Shown: positions 37,034 through 47,917 of the stretch, piece by piece
Layout of the letters: the number at the start of each line of letters is the position of its first letter
Numbering within the stretch: the stretch's first letter is position 1
Source of the DNA: an uncultured Clostridia bacterium
GTDB lineage: Bacteria > Bacillota > Clostridia > Christensenellales > CAG-314
Direction of reading: 5' to 3'
Length of the DNA: 64,000 nt
Assembly (NCBI GenBank): GCA_947628135.1
Contig: CANQYT010000004.1
Coordinates: 28,566-92,565, forward strand
Program-made: the position numbers and the translations under genes
The notes under the pieces: generated by a model
What the model saw: the letters and a program-made list of their open reading frames with translations, nothing else
What the model was told of the DNA's origin: nothing
Databases searched by the model: none

Positions 37034-38054
37034 AAAATCTTTGTTGAACCGCGTTTTGGTGGGGATCGCTATCTTCATTGTGATGATAGGTATGATACTG
37101 CTGAACGTGTTCTTCGTGAATTACACCAACTCGCCGACCGACACCGTCGTGAGCGGGCGTGCGATAAATTCCGTGATAATAGCGGTACTCATTTTGCTGT
37201 CCGTGATAGAAATGCGCAGAGCATTGGGCAGGGAACGTATCCCCGACTGTTTCAGTTGGCTATTGTGGCTGTACGGATTCGGTCTTATGCCCGCGTATTT
37301 GCTGTTCGGCTTCGTCGGGATACTTTTCTTCTCGATGATAGTGTTTATCGCCTCCGTAATTACGGCGCTTTTGCGTAACCGCGTGGACAGTCTGATATAC
37401 ATAGCGTTTATACTTGTGTACCCTGGATTGTTTATGGCGACGTTGCTGTACCTCAACAGAAGCGCTACAACGCACGTGTACGACGCAACTTCGCCGATGA
37501 ACCAATATCTTGAAAACGATATTTGGGTGTACATAAACCGTATCCTCGGCGAACACGCCACCACGAGAGAAACTGCCCTGCTGCCGCTTAACGGTATTGC
37601 GCTGTCGCTTGTGTTTGCGGTGTCCACCTTTACGGATGTTTTCGCGTACTTTGTGGGCAGTATGTTCGGTAAGCACAAACTTTGCCCCGAAATTTCGCCC
37701 AACAAAACGGTGGAGGGCGCAATAGGCGGCATATTCGGCGGCGCGCTGGGCTCGTTCCTTGTGTTTGTCGTTTTCGATTGGACGAAGTTCTTCGGCTACG
37801 GAGCGCAGTTCGGGTTGACGTTTGATGGATTGGGTCTGTCTACGATCAATACGGTGCTTACTTACGTAGCGATCGGCTTGCTCGGCTCTGTCGCCACTCA
37901 AATGGGCGACCTGCTCGCAAGTATGGTGAAACGCTACTGCGGCATAAAAGATTACAGCAGACTGCTGGGGGAACACGGCGGAATTGTTGACCGTTTCGAC
38001 GGCATTATGTTCAACTCCGTATTCGTATCCTTTGTATTTATGTTCATACTGTAA
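37020..38054 (+). CDS. cdsA: phosphatidate cytidylyltransferase
   Basis: Polytopic membrane protein with the CTP-transferase-1 signature (SMVKRYCGIKDYSRLLGEHGGIVDRFDG). Confidence 0.9.
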   Translation: MALNKKSLLNRVLVGIAIFIVMIGMILLNVFFVNYTNSPTDTVVSGRAINSVIIAVLILLSVIEMRRALGRERIPDCFSWLLWLYGFGLMPAYLLFGFVGILFFSMIVFIASVITALLRNRVDSLIYIAFILVYPGLFMATLLYLNRSATTHVYDATSPMNQYLENDIWVYINRILGEHATTRETALLPLNGIALSLVFAVSTFTDVFAYFVGSMFGKHKLCPEISPNKTVEGAIGGIFGGALGSFLVFVVFDWTKFFGYGAQFGLTFDGLGLSTINTVLTYVAIGLLGSVATQMGDLLASMVKRYCGIKDYSRLLGEHGGIVDRFDGIMFNSVFVSFVFMFIL

Positions 38055-39139
38055 TGAAAAGGGTAGCCGTACTCGGAAGTACCGGTTCGATAGGTACGCA
38101 AACTTTGGACGTTGTGCGCCAAAACCGCGACAGTCTGAAAGTCGTCTCCCTCGTCGCTTACTCCAACGAGGAAAAGTTGACCGAACAGGCGAAGGAATTT
38201 GCGCCAGACTACGTTGCGCTTATTTCGCGTGACGGCAACGAGTGTCTGACGGAAGCGGTTCGTCACGCTGATGTGGCGGTCGTCGCGACAAAAGGCATTG
38301 CGGCTTTGCAAAGCATTTTGTACTGTCTTGACAACGGTATCGACGTTGCGCTTGCCAACAAAGAAGCGTTGGTGTGCGCCGGGGAATTGATAGTCACCCG
38401 CCGCGATGAGGCGCGTATATTGCCCGTAGACAGCGAACACTGCGCAATACGGCGTTGTTTGCTCGGACACAGCGTTCCCCCAAAGCAAATTCTGCTTACC
38501 GCAAGCGGAGGACCGTTTTGGAATACGCCGAAAGAGAAACTTTCTTCCGTCACCGCGAAAGAGGCTCTGAAACACCCAAATTGGCAGATGGGGTCGAAAA
38601 TTACCGTAGACAGCGCAACGATGATGAACAAATCGCTGGAAGTTATGGAAGCGAGTTTGCTGTTCGGTATGCCCGTGGAGCGAATAGAAATTGTCGTACA
38701 CAGGCAAAGCGTAGTTCACTCTATGGTGCGCTTTCAGAACGGTGAAGTGGCGGCGCAACTTGCTTCTCCCGATATGCGATTGCCTATTCAAATCGCGCTG
38801 TTGGGCGACGGCGGCAACTATGTGTGCCGCGATACGGACTTTTCCGCGCTCGATCTCACTTTCGAAGCGTGCGACTTCGACAGATTTCCGTGCGCACGGC
38901 TCGGCTACGAACTGATGAGTTTTCCGCCGCTGTGCCGTACGGTGATGAACGCGGCAAACGACGTGTGCGTAGACAGATTTCTGCAAGGCAGGTTTTGTTT
39001 TGCCGACTTCTACAATATAATAATGAATGCAGTGCGGCATTTCCGCGACGACGCCCGTAGGACGCAGTTGAGTTTGTCTAATATAATCAAATTCGACGCG
39101 GAAGCCAAACTGTACGTAAATAAACTGTTAGGCGAATGA
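38054..39139 (+). CDS. dxr: 1-deoxy-D-xylulose 5-phosphate reductoisomerase
   Basis: MKRVAVLGSTGSIGTQTLDV ... LANKEALV ... DSEHCAI. Confidence 0.97.
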   Translation: MKRVAVLGSTGSIGTQTLDVVRQNRDSLKVVSLVAYSNEEKLTEQAKEFAPDYVALISRDGNECLTEAVRHADVAVVATKGIAALQSILYCLDNGIDVALANKEALVCAGELIVTRRDEARILPVDSEHCAIRRCLLGHSVPPKQILLTASGGPFWNTPKEKLSSVTAKEALKHPNWQMGSKITVDSATMMNKSLEVMEASLLFGMPVERIEIVVHRQSVVHSMVRFQNGEVAAQLASPDMRLPIQIALLGDGGNYVCRDTDFSALDLTFEACDFDRFPCARLGYELMSFPPLCRTVMNAANDVCVDRFLQGRFCFADFYNIIMNAVRHFRDDARRTQLSLSNIIKFDAEAKLYVNKLLGE

Positions 39140-40440
39140 TATTGAATTTGTTGTGCGACTTTACGTCGGTTATGAGGACCGTCGGCTACGTGTTGCTTGC
39201 TTTCGTGGTGTTGATGATTATGGTGTTGATACACGAAACGGGACACTACACCGCGGGCAAAATATTGGGTTTCCAAATCAACGAATTTGCGGTTGGTATG
39301 GGACCGAAAATATTCTCCACAAAGAAAAAGAACGGCGAAATCTTTTCGCTTAGACTGCTTCCGCTTGGAGGATATTGCGCGTTCGAAGGGGAAGGGGAGG
39401 ACGGCAACGCCAATCCGAGGGCGTTCAACTCGCAAAAACCTTGGAAACGTCTCATCGTGCTTTTTTCCGGCGCGCTGTTCAATTTCATATCGGCAATTCT
39501 TATCGCGGTAATCGTCTTTGCGGCATACGGCGAAACGGTCGTTCAGATAAATAACGTGTATTCCTACGCGCCGTCCGCCAACAGACAACTGCAAAGCGAC
39601 GACATCATATACAAGGTGAACGGCAAAAGGGTGTATATGTTGGACAGTCTGGAAAGGTATCTGTCCGACGAGCCTATGAGCATTGTCGTGCTTCGTCCGC
39701 ACGAGGAAAACGGCAAGACCGTTTACTCGGAAGAAACGTTGGAAAACGTCGTGCGCAAAAAGTACTACGTCGTTGCGCTTACAAAGGTGGACAGTTCGCT
39801 GAATTTGGAATCGAACGGCAGACTGTTAAGCAAAAACGACTCTGTTTACGCGATAAACGGCGAAGTGCTGGACGAACAGGGCGAATTCGACAGACTGTTC
39901 CGCGAGTCCGTCGGTACTATGAATTTGACCGTCACCGACGGACAAAATTTCTACGAATACAGCGTGGACAAGAGCGCGTTCGAAACCGCCGCGCTGATAG
40001 CGAAAGAGCAAAGTTACACGGGCATCGGTATGTCGGTGCAGTACGTCAAATATAAGTTCGGTTTCGGCGAGGTGCTGTTACGCGTTGTGCCGTATTGCTT
40101 CGAAGTGGGTATGCTGGTGCTGCGTACTCTCGGAGGTTTGCTGACTGGCGTTGTGGGTGTAGAACAGATAGGCGGTCCTATCTCTACCATAGCGATGACG
40201 AGCGAAATTGTCTCTACGGGGTTCGGCAACGTTCTTATGCTGATGGTGTTGATCTCCGTCAATCTCGGAGTGTTCAACTTGCTTCCCGTACCCGCTTTGG
40301 ACGGGTGTCAGATGGTGTTTGTCATCATCGAGTGGATCGCGCGCCGTCCGATAAACAGAAAGGTGCAAGGGTGGATCAACGGAATAGGCTTTGTTGTGCT
40401 AATTGTGTTGATGCTTCTTGTGGATATACTTAAACTATGA
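39136..40440 (+). CDS. rseP: RIP metalloprotease RseP (site-2 protease)
   Basis: HETGHY zinc motif, PDZ region, C-terminal NLLPVPALDG motif. Confidence 0.93.
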   Translation: MILNLLCDFTSVMRTVGYVLLAFVVLMIMVLIHETGHYTAGKILGFQINEFAVGMGPKIFSTKKKNGEIFSLRLLPLGGYCAFEGEGEDGNANPRAFNSQKPWKRLIVLFSGALFNFISAILIAVIVFAAYGETVVQINNVYSYAPSANRQLQSDDIIYKVNGKRVYMLDSLERYLSDEPMSIVVLRPHEENGKTVYSEETLENVVRKKYYVVALTKVDSSLNLESNGRLLSKNDSVYAINGEVLDEQGEFDRLFRESVGTMNLTVTDGQNFYEYSVDKSAFETAALIAKEQSYTGIGMSVQYVKYKFGFGEVLLRVVPYCFEVGMLVLRTLGGLLTGVVGVEQIGGPISTIAMTSEIVSTGFGNVLMLMVLISVNLGVFNLLPVPALDGCQMVFVIIEWIARRPINRKVQGWINGIGFVVLIVLMLLVDILKL

Positions 40441-41480
40441 GAAATCCTACGAAAAAAATTTACGTTCGCAACGTCCCGATAGGCGGAGACAGTCCGATAG
40501 CGATACAGTCTATGACCAACGTTTCCGTCACGGACGTTGAGGCTACTCTCGCGCAGATAGAGCAGTGCGCGGCAAACGGCTGCGACATAATGCGTATCGC
40601 AGTGCCCAACGCAGAATGCGCAAAAGCGTTTGCCGAGGTGCGCCGTCGGACAAACGTCCCGCTTGTTGCGGATATTCACTTCGACTATCGGCTCGCTCTG
40701 GCGGCGATAGAGGCGGGTGCGGACAAAATTCGTATCAATCCCGGCAATATGCCCTTGCCTCAATTGGACAAAGTGACAGACTGCGCCAAAGCAAACGGTA
40801 TTCCCATACGAATTGGAGTAAACGCGGGTTCTGCCGACAGACGTGCTATGAGCGTGGAGGGCAGAGTAAAGGCTATGTGCGACAGCCTTGCCAAGTACGT
40901 CGAACGCTTTGAGGAAAGAGGTTTTTACGACATTGTGCTTTCGGTGAAAAGCACCGACGTGCGCGAGACGGTCGCGGCAAACAGACTTGCGGCAAAATTG
41001 GGTTATCCCATTCACATGGGTGTGACGGAAGCGGGGTTGCTGCGCCAAGGGCTGGTAAAAAACTCCATTGCGATAGGCAGTTTGCTTTTGGAAGGAATAG
41101 GCGACACCGTGCGCGTTTCGCTTACTTCCGACCCCGTTGACGAAGTGCGCGCCGCAAAGGATATGCTGGTTTCTCTCGGCTTGAAAAAGGGCGTAACTTT
41201 TGTGTCCTGTCCTAAGTGCGGACGTTGTTCCATCGACCTCGAAAACGTTGCCGCTCAAATATACGACTATGTAAAAGATATAGACAAAAACATCAAAATT
41301 GCGGTAATGGGGTGCGAAGTCAACGGACCGGGAGAGTGTAGCGACGCCGATTTGGGAATGGCGGGCGCAAACGGCAAATACGTTTTCTTCAAGCACGGAA
41401 AGCGTTACAAAACGGTAAGCGCGCAAGACGCCGCGGAACAATTCAAAAGGGAAATAGATTTGATTACAAATGTTGATTGA
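40437..41480 (+). CDS. ispG: 4-hydroxy-3-methylbut-2-enyl diphosphate synthase
   Basis: IAIQSMTNV ... RINPGN ... SCPKCGRC ... MGCEVNGPGE. Confidence 0.97.
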   Translation: MRNPTKKIYVRNVPIGGDSPIAIQSMTNVSVTDVEATLAQIEQCAANGCDIMRIAVPNAECAKAFAEVRRRTNVPLVADIHFDYRLALAAIEAGADKIRINPGNMPLPQLDKVTDCAKANGIPIRIGVNAGSADRRAMSVEGRVKAMCDSLAKYVERFEERGFYDIVLSVKSTDVRETVAANRLAAKLGYPIHMGVTEAGLLRQGLVKNSIAIGSLLLEGIGDTVRVSLTSDPVDEVRAAKDMLVSLGLKKGVTFVSCPKCGRCSIDLENVAAQIYDYVKDIDKNIKIAVMGCEVNGPGECSDADLGMAGANGKYVFFKHGKRYKTVSAQDAAEQFKREIDLITNVD

Positions 41481-43107
41481 ACGGTTACATCTTAATTTTC
41501 CGTCGCTGACGGATCTGCGTATGCGTGAAATTCGCGTTGACAAAAGACAACGCAAAGTTTTCTGTACGCTGTCTTACCCTCGCGACGGCTTGGACGGTTC
41601 TGCGAAAGCGCAGATAACCGACTTTATCCGCGCAAACGTGCCGAACGGTTACTTCTGTTCCGTTCGCTTTGTTGACGATTCCTTTACGGTAAATTCCTTT
41701 CAGCGCAATCTCGCCGACTTCATCAAGGAACGCTATCCGATTTATTCCGACGTGAGCAAGTCGGATATCGAAGTACATATCGGAGACAAAACCGTTTCCG
41801 CAGTGTTGTCTGTCAGCCCCGTAACGAAAAAAAATATGGAGTTGTCGAATTTCTGTCAGACTCTTGCCGAACGCTACGCCGACTACACAAGTTATTCCGT
41901 TTCTTTCTCTTTGCGCGTTGACGAAACTTCGCGCGCGTCGATCGTCGGCGAACAGGAAAAACTCGTTCACCTTGCGATAAACAGGGAATTGCTCAAACCC
42001 GAACGCCACTTCAACATCAGCGAACAACGGCGTATTTTCGGTAAAAACGTTACGTCGTTGCCGATGTACATTTCCGACATTCGCAAACCTATGGACAGTT
42101 GTATCGTTTGCGGAGTCGTTTCCTCAAAAAAATGCCGTCAGGCAAAAAGCAATCCGCTGTTGTACGTTTGTTCCTTCGATTTGACGGACGCGACGGATTC
42201 CGTACTGCCTTGCGTTTTGTTTACGCGCCTGCAAATTACCGACGTGGAAACCATCATCAGCGAAACGGGGAGAGGCGAGGCGGAAGCACGGACGCTTTCG
42301 GAAAAGCGCGCCTTTGCCAACGACAAATTGCTCAAAGAAATAATGTGGCTGTCCGACGGTATGTCCGTGGTGGCGCACGGCAAACTGACGTACGGGCAAA
42401 ACGGTCGTTTGGAATTGCACGTTTACGACCTGTGCGCTTGCCGAATTGCACCTATATCCCCGGATAAGGAATTTACCCGCGCCGTTGCGGAAGAATACGT
42501 TTTGGTCAAACCGCAGGAGTGTACGGAATACCGTCAGATAGATTTTGTCCAGAAAAGCGACGGTATATCTCTGCTTACGGGCAAAACGGACGTGGTGCTG
42601 CACGTCAACGCAACTTCGCTCGGCAACGTCATAGACGACAAACTGATAGCGCTTTGCGCCGTCAAACTTGTGGACGGTCACACGACGGAAAGATTTTTTA
42701 CGTATATCAATCCCGAAAAGGAAGTAACGGACGAGGGCTTGCTTACTAAGTGCGGTCTGTCTCAATCGAAACTTATTTTCTATCCGACGCTGACGGAAAT
42801 CATTTCCGATTTGTACAAGTTTACATACGGCTGTCGGCTTGTGGGAACGGATCTGCAACGTATCGTGCCGTTGCTTGATTACTACGCCGCCCCGATGAAT
42901 TACCGTTTCGGCAATGAAACGCTGTCGCAAACGGAACTTCTGTCCGAATTGTTGGAAAACAGTACTCTGGATTTGCACGCGAACGTCTCCGAAACGGAAG
43001 ATCTCATCAAAAAGTGCAAGATAAAATGTACAAATTACGCGTTTTGTTTCAATTCAGCTACGGCAGTGGCGCAGTGTATCAGCACTTTGGCGTTCAATTC
43101 CAAGTAA
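41470..43107 (+). CDS. PolC-derived protein: PolC N-terminal domain, OB fold and exonuclease-like domain with substituted catalytic residues; no PHP or polymerase
   Basis: 545 aa at the syntenic polC position (ispG - X - rimP-nusA). Residues 373-470 align by eye to the PolC/DnaQ exonuclease, but DxE is HVN and HNxxFD is GTDLQR. Confidence 0.7.
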   Translation: MLIERLHLNFPSLTDLRMREIRVDKRQRKVFCTLSYPRDGLDGSAKAQITDFIRANVPNGYFCSVRFVDDSFTVNSFQRNLADFIKERYPIYSDVSKSDIEVHIGDKTVSAVLSVSPVTKKNMELSNFCQTLAERYADYTSYSVSFSLRVDETSRASIVGEQEKLVHLAINRELLKPERHFNISEQRRIFGKNVTSLPMYISDIRKPMDSCIVCGVVSSKKCRQAKSNPLLYVCSFDLTDATDSVLPCVLFTRLQITDVETIISETGRGEAEARTLSEKRAFANDKLLKEIMWLSDGMSVVAHGKLTYGQNGRLELHVYDLCACRIAPISPDKEFTRAVAEEYVLVKPQECTEYRQIDFVQKSDGISLLTGKTDVVLHVNATSLGNVIDDKLIALCAVKLVDGHTTERFFTYINPEKEVTDEGLLTKCGLSQSKLIFYPTLTEIISDLYKFTYGCRLVGTDLQRIVPLLDYYAAPMNYRFGNETLSQTELLSELLENSTLDLHANVSETEDLIKKCKIKCTNYAFCFNSATAVAQCISTLAFNSK

Positions 43108-43132
43108 AATTTATATAATTTTATATAAACAG

Positions 43133-43161
43133 TTGTCAAAGAGGCGTTTGTGTGGTATAAT
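43133..43161 (+). promoter_or_regulatory. sigma-A-type promoter for rimP-nusA-infB
   Basis: TTGTCA at 43133-43138, 17-nt spacer, TGgTATAAT (43156-43161). The 140-nt leader contains a perfect 10-bp hairpin gagagtggag/ctccactctc. Confidence 0.55.
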
Positions 43162-43301
43162 CTATACGACAAATCGGGTAGGTTTGTCTGTCGTTTGCGC
43201 AAGTGAGTTGCACGGCGCAATCGAGACTTTTCGCCAAATAAGGGTTTACTTGGTGAGAGTGGAGGCTATTCTCCACTCTCAAATTGATGTAAGGAGGAAT
43301 T

Positions 43302-43757
43302 ATGGGCAAGATTTCCGACGAAGTATTTCGGTTGGTTGAGCCTATCGCCGAAAGTTTCGGTTTGGAGGTTGTGGAGGTACTCTACGAAAAAAAGTACGAC
43401 GGAATGAATCTCACCGTTGTGATAGACAAAGAGGGCGGAGTTACGATAGACGATTGCGAAAAATTGCATCGCGCCATAGACGCTCCGTTGGACGAACTCG
43501 ACCCCATTGACTGCGCGTACATACTCAACGTTTCGTCGCCGGGAATAGACCGCCCGCTCAAAACCGAACGCGACTACCGTCGCAATCTCGGCAAAAAAAT
43601 TTCCGTAAAACTTTACAAACCGCTCGACGGTAAAAAGAGTTACGAGGGCGTACTTGAAAACTACGACGAAACGTCATTTACCTTGCAAGTAAAAGGCGGC
43701 ACAATCAAATTTGAAAAAAAAGATACGGCAAAAGTTGAGCCGATAATCGAATTTTAG
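43302..43757 (+). CDS. rimP: ribosome maturation factor RimP
   Basis: RimP pattern (VEPIAESFGLEVVEV ... SSPGIDRPL). A GGAGG RBS precedes the start. Confidence 0.93.
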   Translation: MGKISDEVFRLVEPIAESFGLEVVEVLYEKKYDGMNLTVVIDKEGGVTIDDCEKLHRAIDAPLDELDPIDCAYILNVSSPGIDRPLKTERDYRRNLGKKISVKLYKPLDGKKSYEGVLENYDETSFTLQVKGGTIKFEKKDTAKVEPIIEF

Positions 43758-43768
43758 GAGGGACAGTA

Positions 43769-44854
43769 ATGATCAGCAAAGAATTTTTCCTGGCTCTGGA
43801 CGAGTTGGAAGAAACAAAGGGTATCAGCAAGGAAAAAGTTATCGAATCCTTGGAGACGGCACTGACTATCGCCTGTAAAAAACATTACGGCGAGGCGTCC
43901 AACACCGTTGTGAAAATCAATCCCGAAAAAAATACTATCAGAGTGTACACTTCCAAAACCGTTGTGGAAACGGTGGAAACTCCCGAAAAGGAAATCTCTT
44001 TGGAGGACGCTCAACTGATAAAGAAGAGTTACAAAGTCGGCGACGAGGTGCTGACGGAAATCAATCCGCGCGATTTCAGCCGTATCGCCACGCAAAACGC
44101 CGTTCAGGTAATAAAAAACAGTTTGCATCAAGCGGAAAAAGACGTTACGTTCAGTCAATTTTCCGATAAAGAAAACGAACTGCTTATCGGTATCGTCTCT
44201 CGCGTAAAGGACGACGGCACTATCTACGTCGAAATCGGCAAAAACCAGATGGAGGGCGTGCTTACCGTGCAGGAGCAGATCCCCGGAGAGAAATTCCACG
44301 CGGGCGATCGCATAAAAGTGCTTGTAAAGCGCGTGAGAGACAGCGTCGGCGGAACGCAAGTTATGCTGTCGCGCGCAAGTTATATGTTCATCAAGCGGCT
44401 GTTCGAAAACGAAGTGCCCGAAATACGCGCGGATATCGTTCAGATAAAGAGCATTGTGCGCGAGGCGGGTTTCCGTACCAAGATGGCGGTGTATTCCACC
44501 GACCCCGAAATAGACGCCGTCGGCGCTTGCGTGGGCAACAAGGGTATCCGCGTAAACGCAATCGTATCCGAAATAGGCGGAGAAAAAATCGACATCATTC
44601 CGTGGAGCAGCGATATTCTCGACTATATCGCGAGAGCGCTGTCCCCCGCAAAAGTGCTTATCGTGCAAGCCGATGAGGAAACGAAAGAGGCAAAAGTGGT
44701 CGTTCCCGATGAAAAACTGTCCCTTGCCATAGGCAGAGAAGGACAAAACGCACGGCTTGCGGCTCGTCTTACGGGTTGGAAGATAGACGTAAAATCTTAT
44801 TCGGCGGCTCTTGCAAGCGGAATGTTCGACGGCGACGACGCCGAAGGAGAATAA
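43769..44854 (+). CDS. nusA: transcription termination/antitermination factor NusA
   Basis: N-terminal domain, S1 domain and two KH domains ([37 protein letters not shown]). Confidence 0.98.
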   Translation: MISKEFFLALDELEETKGISKEKVIESLETALTIACKKHYGEASNTVVKINPEKNTIRVYTSKTVVETVETPEKEISLEDAQLIKKSYKVGDEVLTEINPRDFSRIATQNAVQVIKNSLHQAEKDVTFSQFSDKENELLIGIVSRVKDDGTIYVEIGKNQMEGVLTVQEQIPGEKFHAGDRIKVLVKRVRDSVGGTQVMLSRASYMFIKRLFENEVPEIRADIVQIKSIVREAGFRTKMAVYSTDPEIDAVGACVGNKGIRVNAIVSEIGGEKIDIIPWSSDILDYIARALSPAKVLIVQADEETKEAKVVVPDEKLSLAIGREGQNARLAARLTGWKIDVKSYSAALASGMFDGDDAEGE

Positions 44855-44857
44855 ACG

Positions 44858-45118
44858 TTGCGCACGGAAAAAAAGACTCCGCTACGTATGTGCGTTGCTT
44901 GCCGTCAGATGAAACCGAAAACGGACTTGATAAGAATCGTCAACACGCCGAACGGCGTAGTGGCTGACTCGACTGGCAAATTGAACGGCAGAGGCGTGTA
45001 TCTTTGCAAATGCAAAGATTGTATTGACAAGGCGCTCAAAAACAAGGGTTTTGCTAAACAAAACGGCTTTTCGTTGCAAGAGATCGCAACGCAATTGGAG
45101 CAGTTCATTGAACGATAA
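44858..45118 (+). CDS. ylxR: YlxR (DUF448) RNA-binding protein
   Basis: PLRMCVACRQMKPKTDLIRIV ... GRGVYLC. TTG start. Confidence 0.85.
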   Translation: MRTEKKTPLRMCVACRQMKPKTDLIRIVNTPNGVVADSTGKLNGRGVYLCKCKDCIDKALKNKGFAKQNGFSLQEIATQLEQFIER

Positions 45119-45389
45119 AGTTTCGGCATATATCGGTTTCGCGATAAAAAAAGGTTCGGTCCTGTTCGGCTGCGACTGTATCGAGAGGACGAAAAGGAAA
45201 GTGTACGCTATTTTGTACACTCCGTCCATTTCGGAAAACTCGTTGTCCGTTTTGCGTAAAGTGGGCTCTCGCGTACATTGCGACCCTATGCAAATCGACG
45301 ATTACGAAGCGTTGCGAAAGAGAAATTGTAAAGCGTTGGCGGTGTGTGACAAATCGTTAGCCGACGCAATAAAGGAAAATTTGATGTAG
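45108..45389 (+). CDS. L7Ae-family ribosome-associated protein (YlxQ-like)
   Basis: The position between ylxR and infB is conserved. The pattern [17 protein letters not shown] resembles YlxQ. The start is uncertain; TTG at 45108 is proposed. Confidence 0.7.
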   Translation: MNDKVSAYIGFAIKKGSVLFGCDCIERTKRKVYAILYTPSISENSLSVLRKVGSRVHCDPMQIDDYEALRKRNCKALAVCDKSLADAIKENLM

Positions 45390-45409
45390 ATGCCTTGGGA
45401 GGAAAAATA

Positions 45410-47917
45410 ATGGCAAATACAACCAATACGCAAAAAACAAGAAGCATTGAAAATATCAAAACGGTCAAAACAGGCGTTTTGAGCGTTGCGAGAACGTTGC
45501 AACAGTCGTTGGCGGCATTGAAACAGCGTGCCAACGCCCTTTCCGACGCTATCCAGCAACGCAAGGCTGAATTTCGCAGGATAGAGGCGGAGGCTTTGGC
45601 TAAGGAGGCGGCGCAAGAAACGGCAACGTCAACTCCCGCGCCCGTTGAACAACCCGCGGAATCTGCCGCTCCCGAACCCGCGCAAACACAGCCCGCTGCG
45701 CCCGTTGAGACCGTTGAACAAACTCCGCCCAAACCTCAGACCAAGGTAGACACTATCATAGAAAACGGACGTGAGATCAAGCGCTACACCGACGAAAAGG
45801 GCAACGTAAAGATCAGAAAATTTATAGATATCTCCGCGGCGGGAACGGGTTCTTCATCCGCTCCGAAACGCACGGCGGGATCTAAACCGCAGGGCACGAA
45901 ACCCGCAAGAGACGACTCGCGCGCAACTCAACCGCGCGGCGGTCAGGGCAAACAGTATGTTGCCGCACCGGACGTTTTGCGCAGCGAACCGCAAAAGTCG
46001 CACGGCAACAAGAACAAAACGAAAGAACATCCCGACGAAAAACGCCAAAGCAATCTCAAAAAGTTGCTTACGCGCGACTATACGGCGGATTACGACGAGG
46101 ACAGAGTGGTGCGCAGAGCGCGTACGAAAAAGAGCGATTCGGGCAATACCTCCGTTGCGCCGAAAATCACTCACGCAGTCGTAAACGACAAGGAAGTGCC
46201 TATCAAACTGCTCAGCGAGCGTATCGGCGTGTCCGCTTCGGAAATAATCAAACAACTGTTCAAAGAAGGCATAATGAAAACGATAAACGATACCGTTGAC
46301 TTCGACTATGCCGAATATATCGCGGGTATGCACGGCGTAACGCTGGAACTCAAACAGGAACTTACCGCCGAAGAAATCATCGTGGACGCAGACGCGGACG
46401 ACGGATTGGAAAACAACGCGAAACGTCCGCCCATCGTTACCGTTATGGGACACGTCGACCACGGTAAAACTTCCTTGTTGGACGCTATCCGCAACACCAA
46501 CGTTACAAGCGGCGAGGCGGGAGGTATAACGCAGCACATCGGTGCGTACACAGTCACCGTAAACGGCGAGACTATCACCTTTATCGATACGCCGGGACAC
46601 GCCGCGTTTACTGCAATGCGCGCTCGCGGTGCAAAGATAACGGACGTCGCGATAATCGTCGTTGCGGCGGACGACGGAGTTATGCCGCAGACCGTCGAGG
46701 CGATAAACCACGCCAAGGCGGCGGGAGTGTCCATTGTTGTTGCCATCAACAAGATGGACAAACCGCACATCGACCCCGACAGAGTGAAACAGCAATTGAC
46801 GGAATACGAACTTGTTCCCGAAGAGTGGGGCGGCGACACGATAATGGTTCCCGTCTCCGCAAAAACGGGAATGGGGTTGGATAAATTGTTGGAAAGTTTA
46901 CTTTTGGTGACGGAAATAAAGGATCTGAAAGCCAACCCGGACAAACGCGCGACGGGTACGGTTATCGAAGCCAAGTTGGACAAGGGCAGAGGTCCTGTTG
47001 CGACCGTACTCATCAGCAACGGCACTTTGCACGTGGGCGACAGTCTTATCGCGGGTTATGCCACGGGTAAGATACGCGCTATGTTCGACGACAAGGGCAA
47101 AAAAGTCAAGAGCGCAGGTCCGTCGATGCCCGTTGAGGTGTTGGGTTTCTCCGAAGTGCCGCAAGCGGGCGACTATATGTACGTTGCCGACGAGAAACTC
47201 GTCAAGAAAGCCGCGGAAGAACGCAAAAACAAAATCAAGTTGGAAAACGCGCGTCAAACGCCTTCCATCACGCTGGGCGATCTGTTCGGACGTATTTCGG
47301 AGGGACAACTCAAAACTCTCAACCTCATTGTGAAAACGGACGTTCAAGGCAGTCTGGAAGCGTTGAAAGGCAGTCTGGAAAAGATATCCAACGACGAAGT
47401 GAAAGTGAGCGCGATCCACGGCGGAGTGGGCGCTATCACCGAAACGGACGTTATGCTTGCCAAGGCTTCGGAAGCGATCATCATCGGCTTCAACGTGCGC
47501 GCGGACAACAACGCCAAAGCGCTTGCCGAAAAAGAAGGCGTGGACATACGTTTGTACAACGTTATTTACGACGCGGTGGACGACGTTACCGCCGCTATGA
47601 AGGGTATGCTTGCGCCTAAATTCCGCGAGACAGTACTTGGAAGCGCCGAAGTGAGAGAAGTATTCAAAATTACCGGCGTCGGCTCGGTTGCGGGCTGTTA
47701 CGTTACGAGCGGCAAGATACTCAGAAGCGGCAAAGTGCGCATATTCCGCAACGACGTAAGCATTTACGACGGCAATATACTTGCGCTCAAACGTTTCAAA
47801 GACGACGTAAAGGAAGTTGCTTCCGGTTACGAGTGCGGTATTTCCGTGGAAAATTACAACGACATCAAGGTCGGAGACGTATTCGAAGTTTATCAAATGG
47901 AAGAGATAGAGCAATGA
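45410..47917 (+). CDS. infB: translation initiation factor IF-2
   Basis: GGGAGGA RBS, low-complexity N-terminus, and the G domain ([23 protein letters not shown]). Confidence 0.98.
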   Translation: MANTTNTQKTRSIENIKTVKTGVLSVARTLQQSLAALKQRANALSDAIQQRKAEFRRIEAEALAKEAAQETATSTPAPVEQPAESAAPEPAQTQPAAPVETVEQTPPKPQTKVDTIIENGREIKRYTDEKGNVKIRKFIDISAAGTGSSSAPKRTAGSKPQGTKPARDDSRATQPRGGQGKQYVAAPDVLRSEPQKSHGNKNKTKEHPDEKRQSNLKKLLTRDYTADYDEDRVVRRARTKKSDSGNTSVAPKITHAVVNDKEVPIKLLSERIGVSASEIIKQLFKEGIMKTINDTVDFDYAEYIAGMHGVTLELKQELTAEEIIVDADADDGLENNAKRPPIVTVMGHVDHGKTSLLDAIRNTNVTSGEAGGITQHIGAYTVTVNGETITFIDTPGHAAFTAMRARGAKITDVAIIVVAADDGVMPQTVEAINHAKAAGVSIVVAINKMDKPHIDPDRVKQQLTEYELVPEEWGGDTIMVPVSAKTGMGLDKLLESLLLVTEIKDLKANPDKRATGTVIEAKLDKGRGPVATVLISNGTLHVGDSLIAGYATGKIRAMFDDKGKKVKSAGPSMPVEVLGFSEVPQAGDYMYVADEKLVKKAAEERKNKIKLENARQTPSITLGDLFGRISEGQLKTLNLIVKTDVQGSLEALKGSLEKISNDEVKVSAIHGGVGAITETDVMLAKASEAIIIGFNVRADNNAKALAEKEGVDIRLYNVIYDAVDDVTAAMKGMLAPKFRETVLGSAEVREVFKITGVGSVAGCYVTSGKILRSGKVRIFRNDVSIYDGNILALKRFKDDVKEVASGYECGISVENYNDIKVGDVFEVYQMEEIEQ

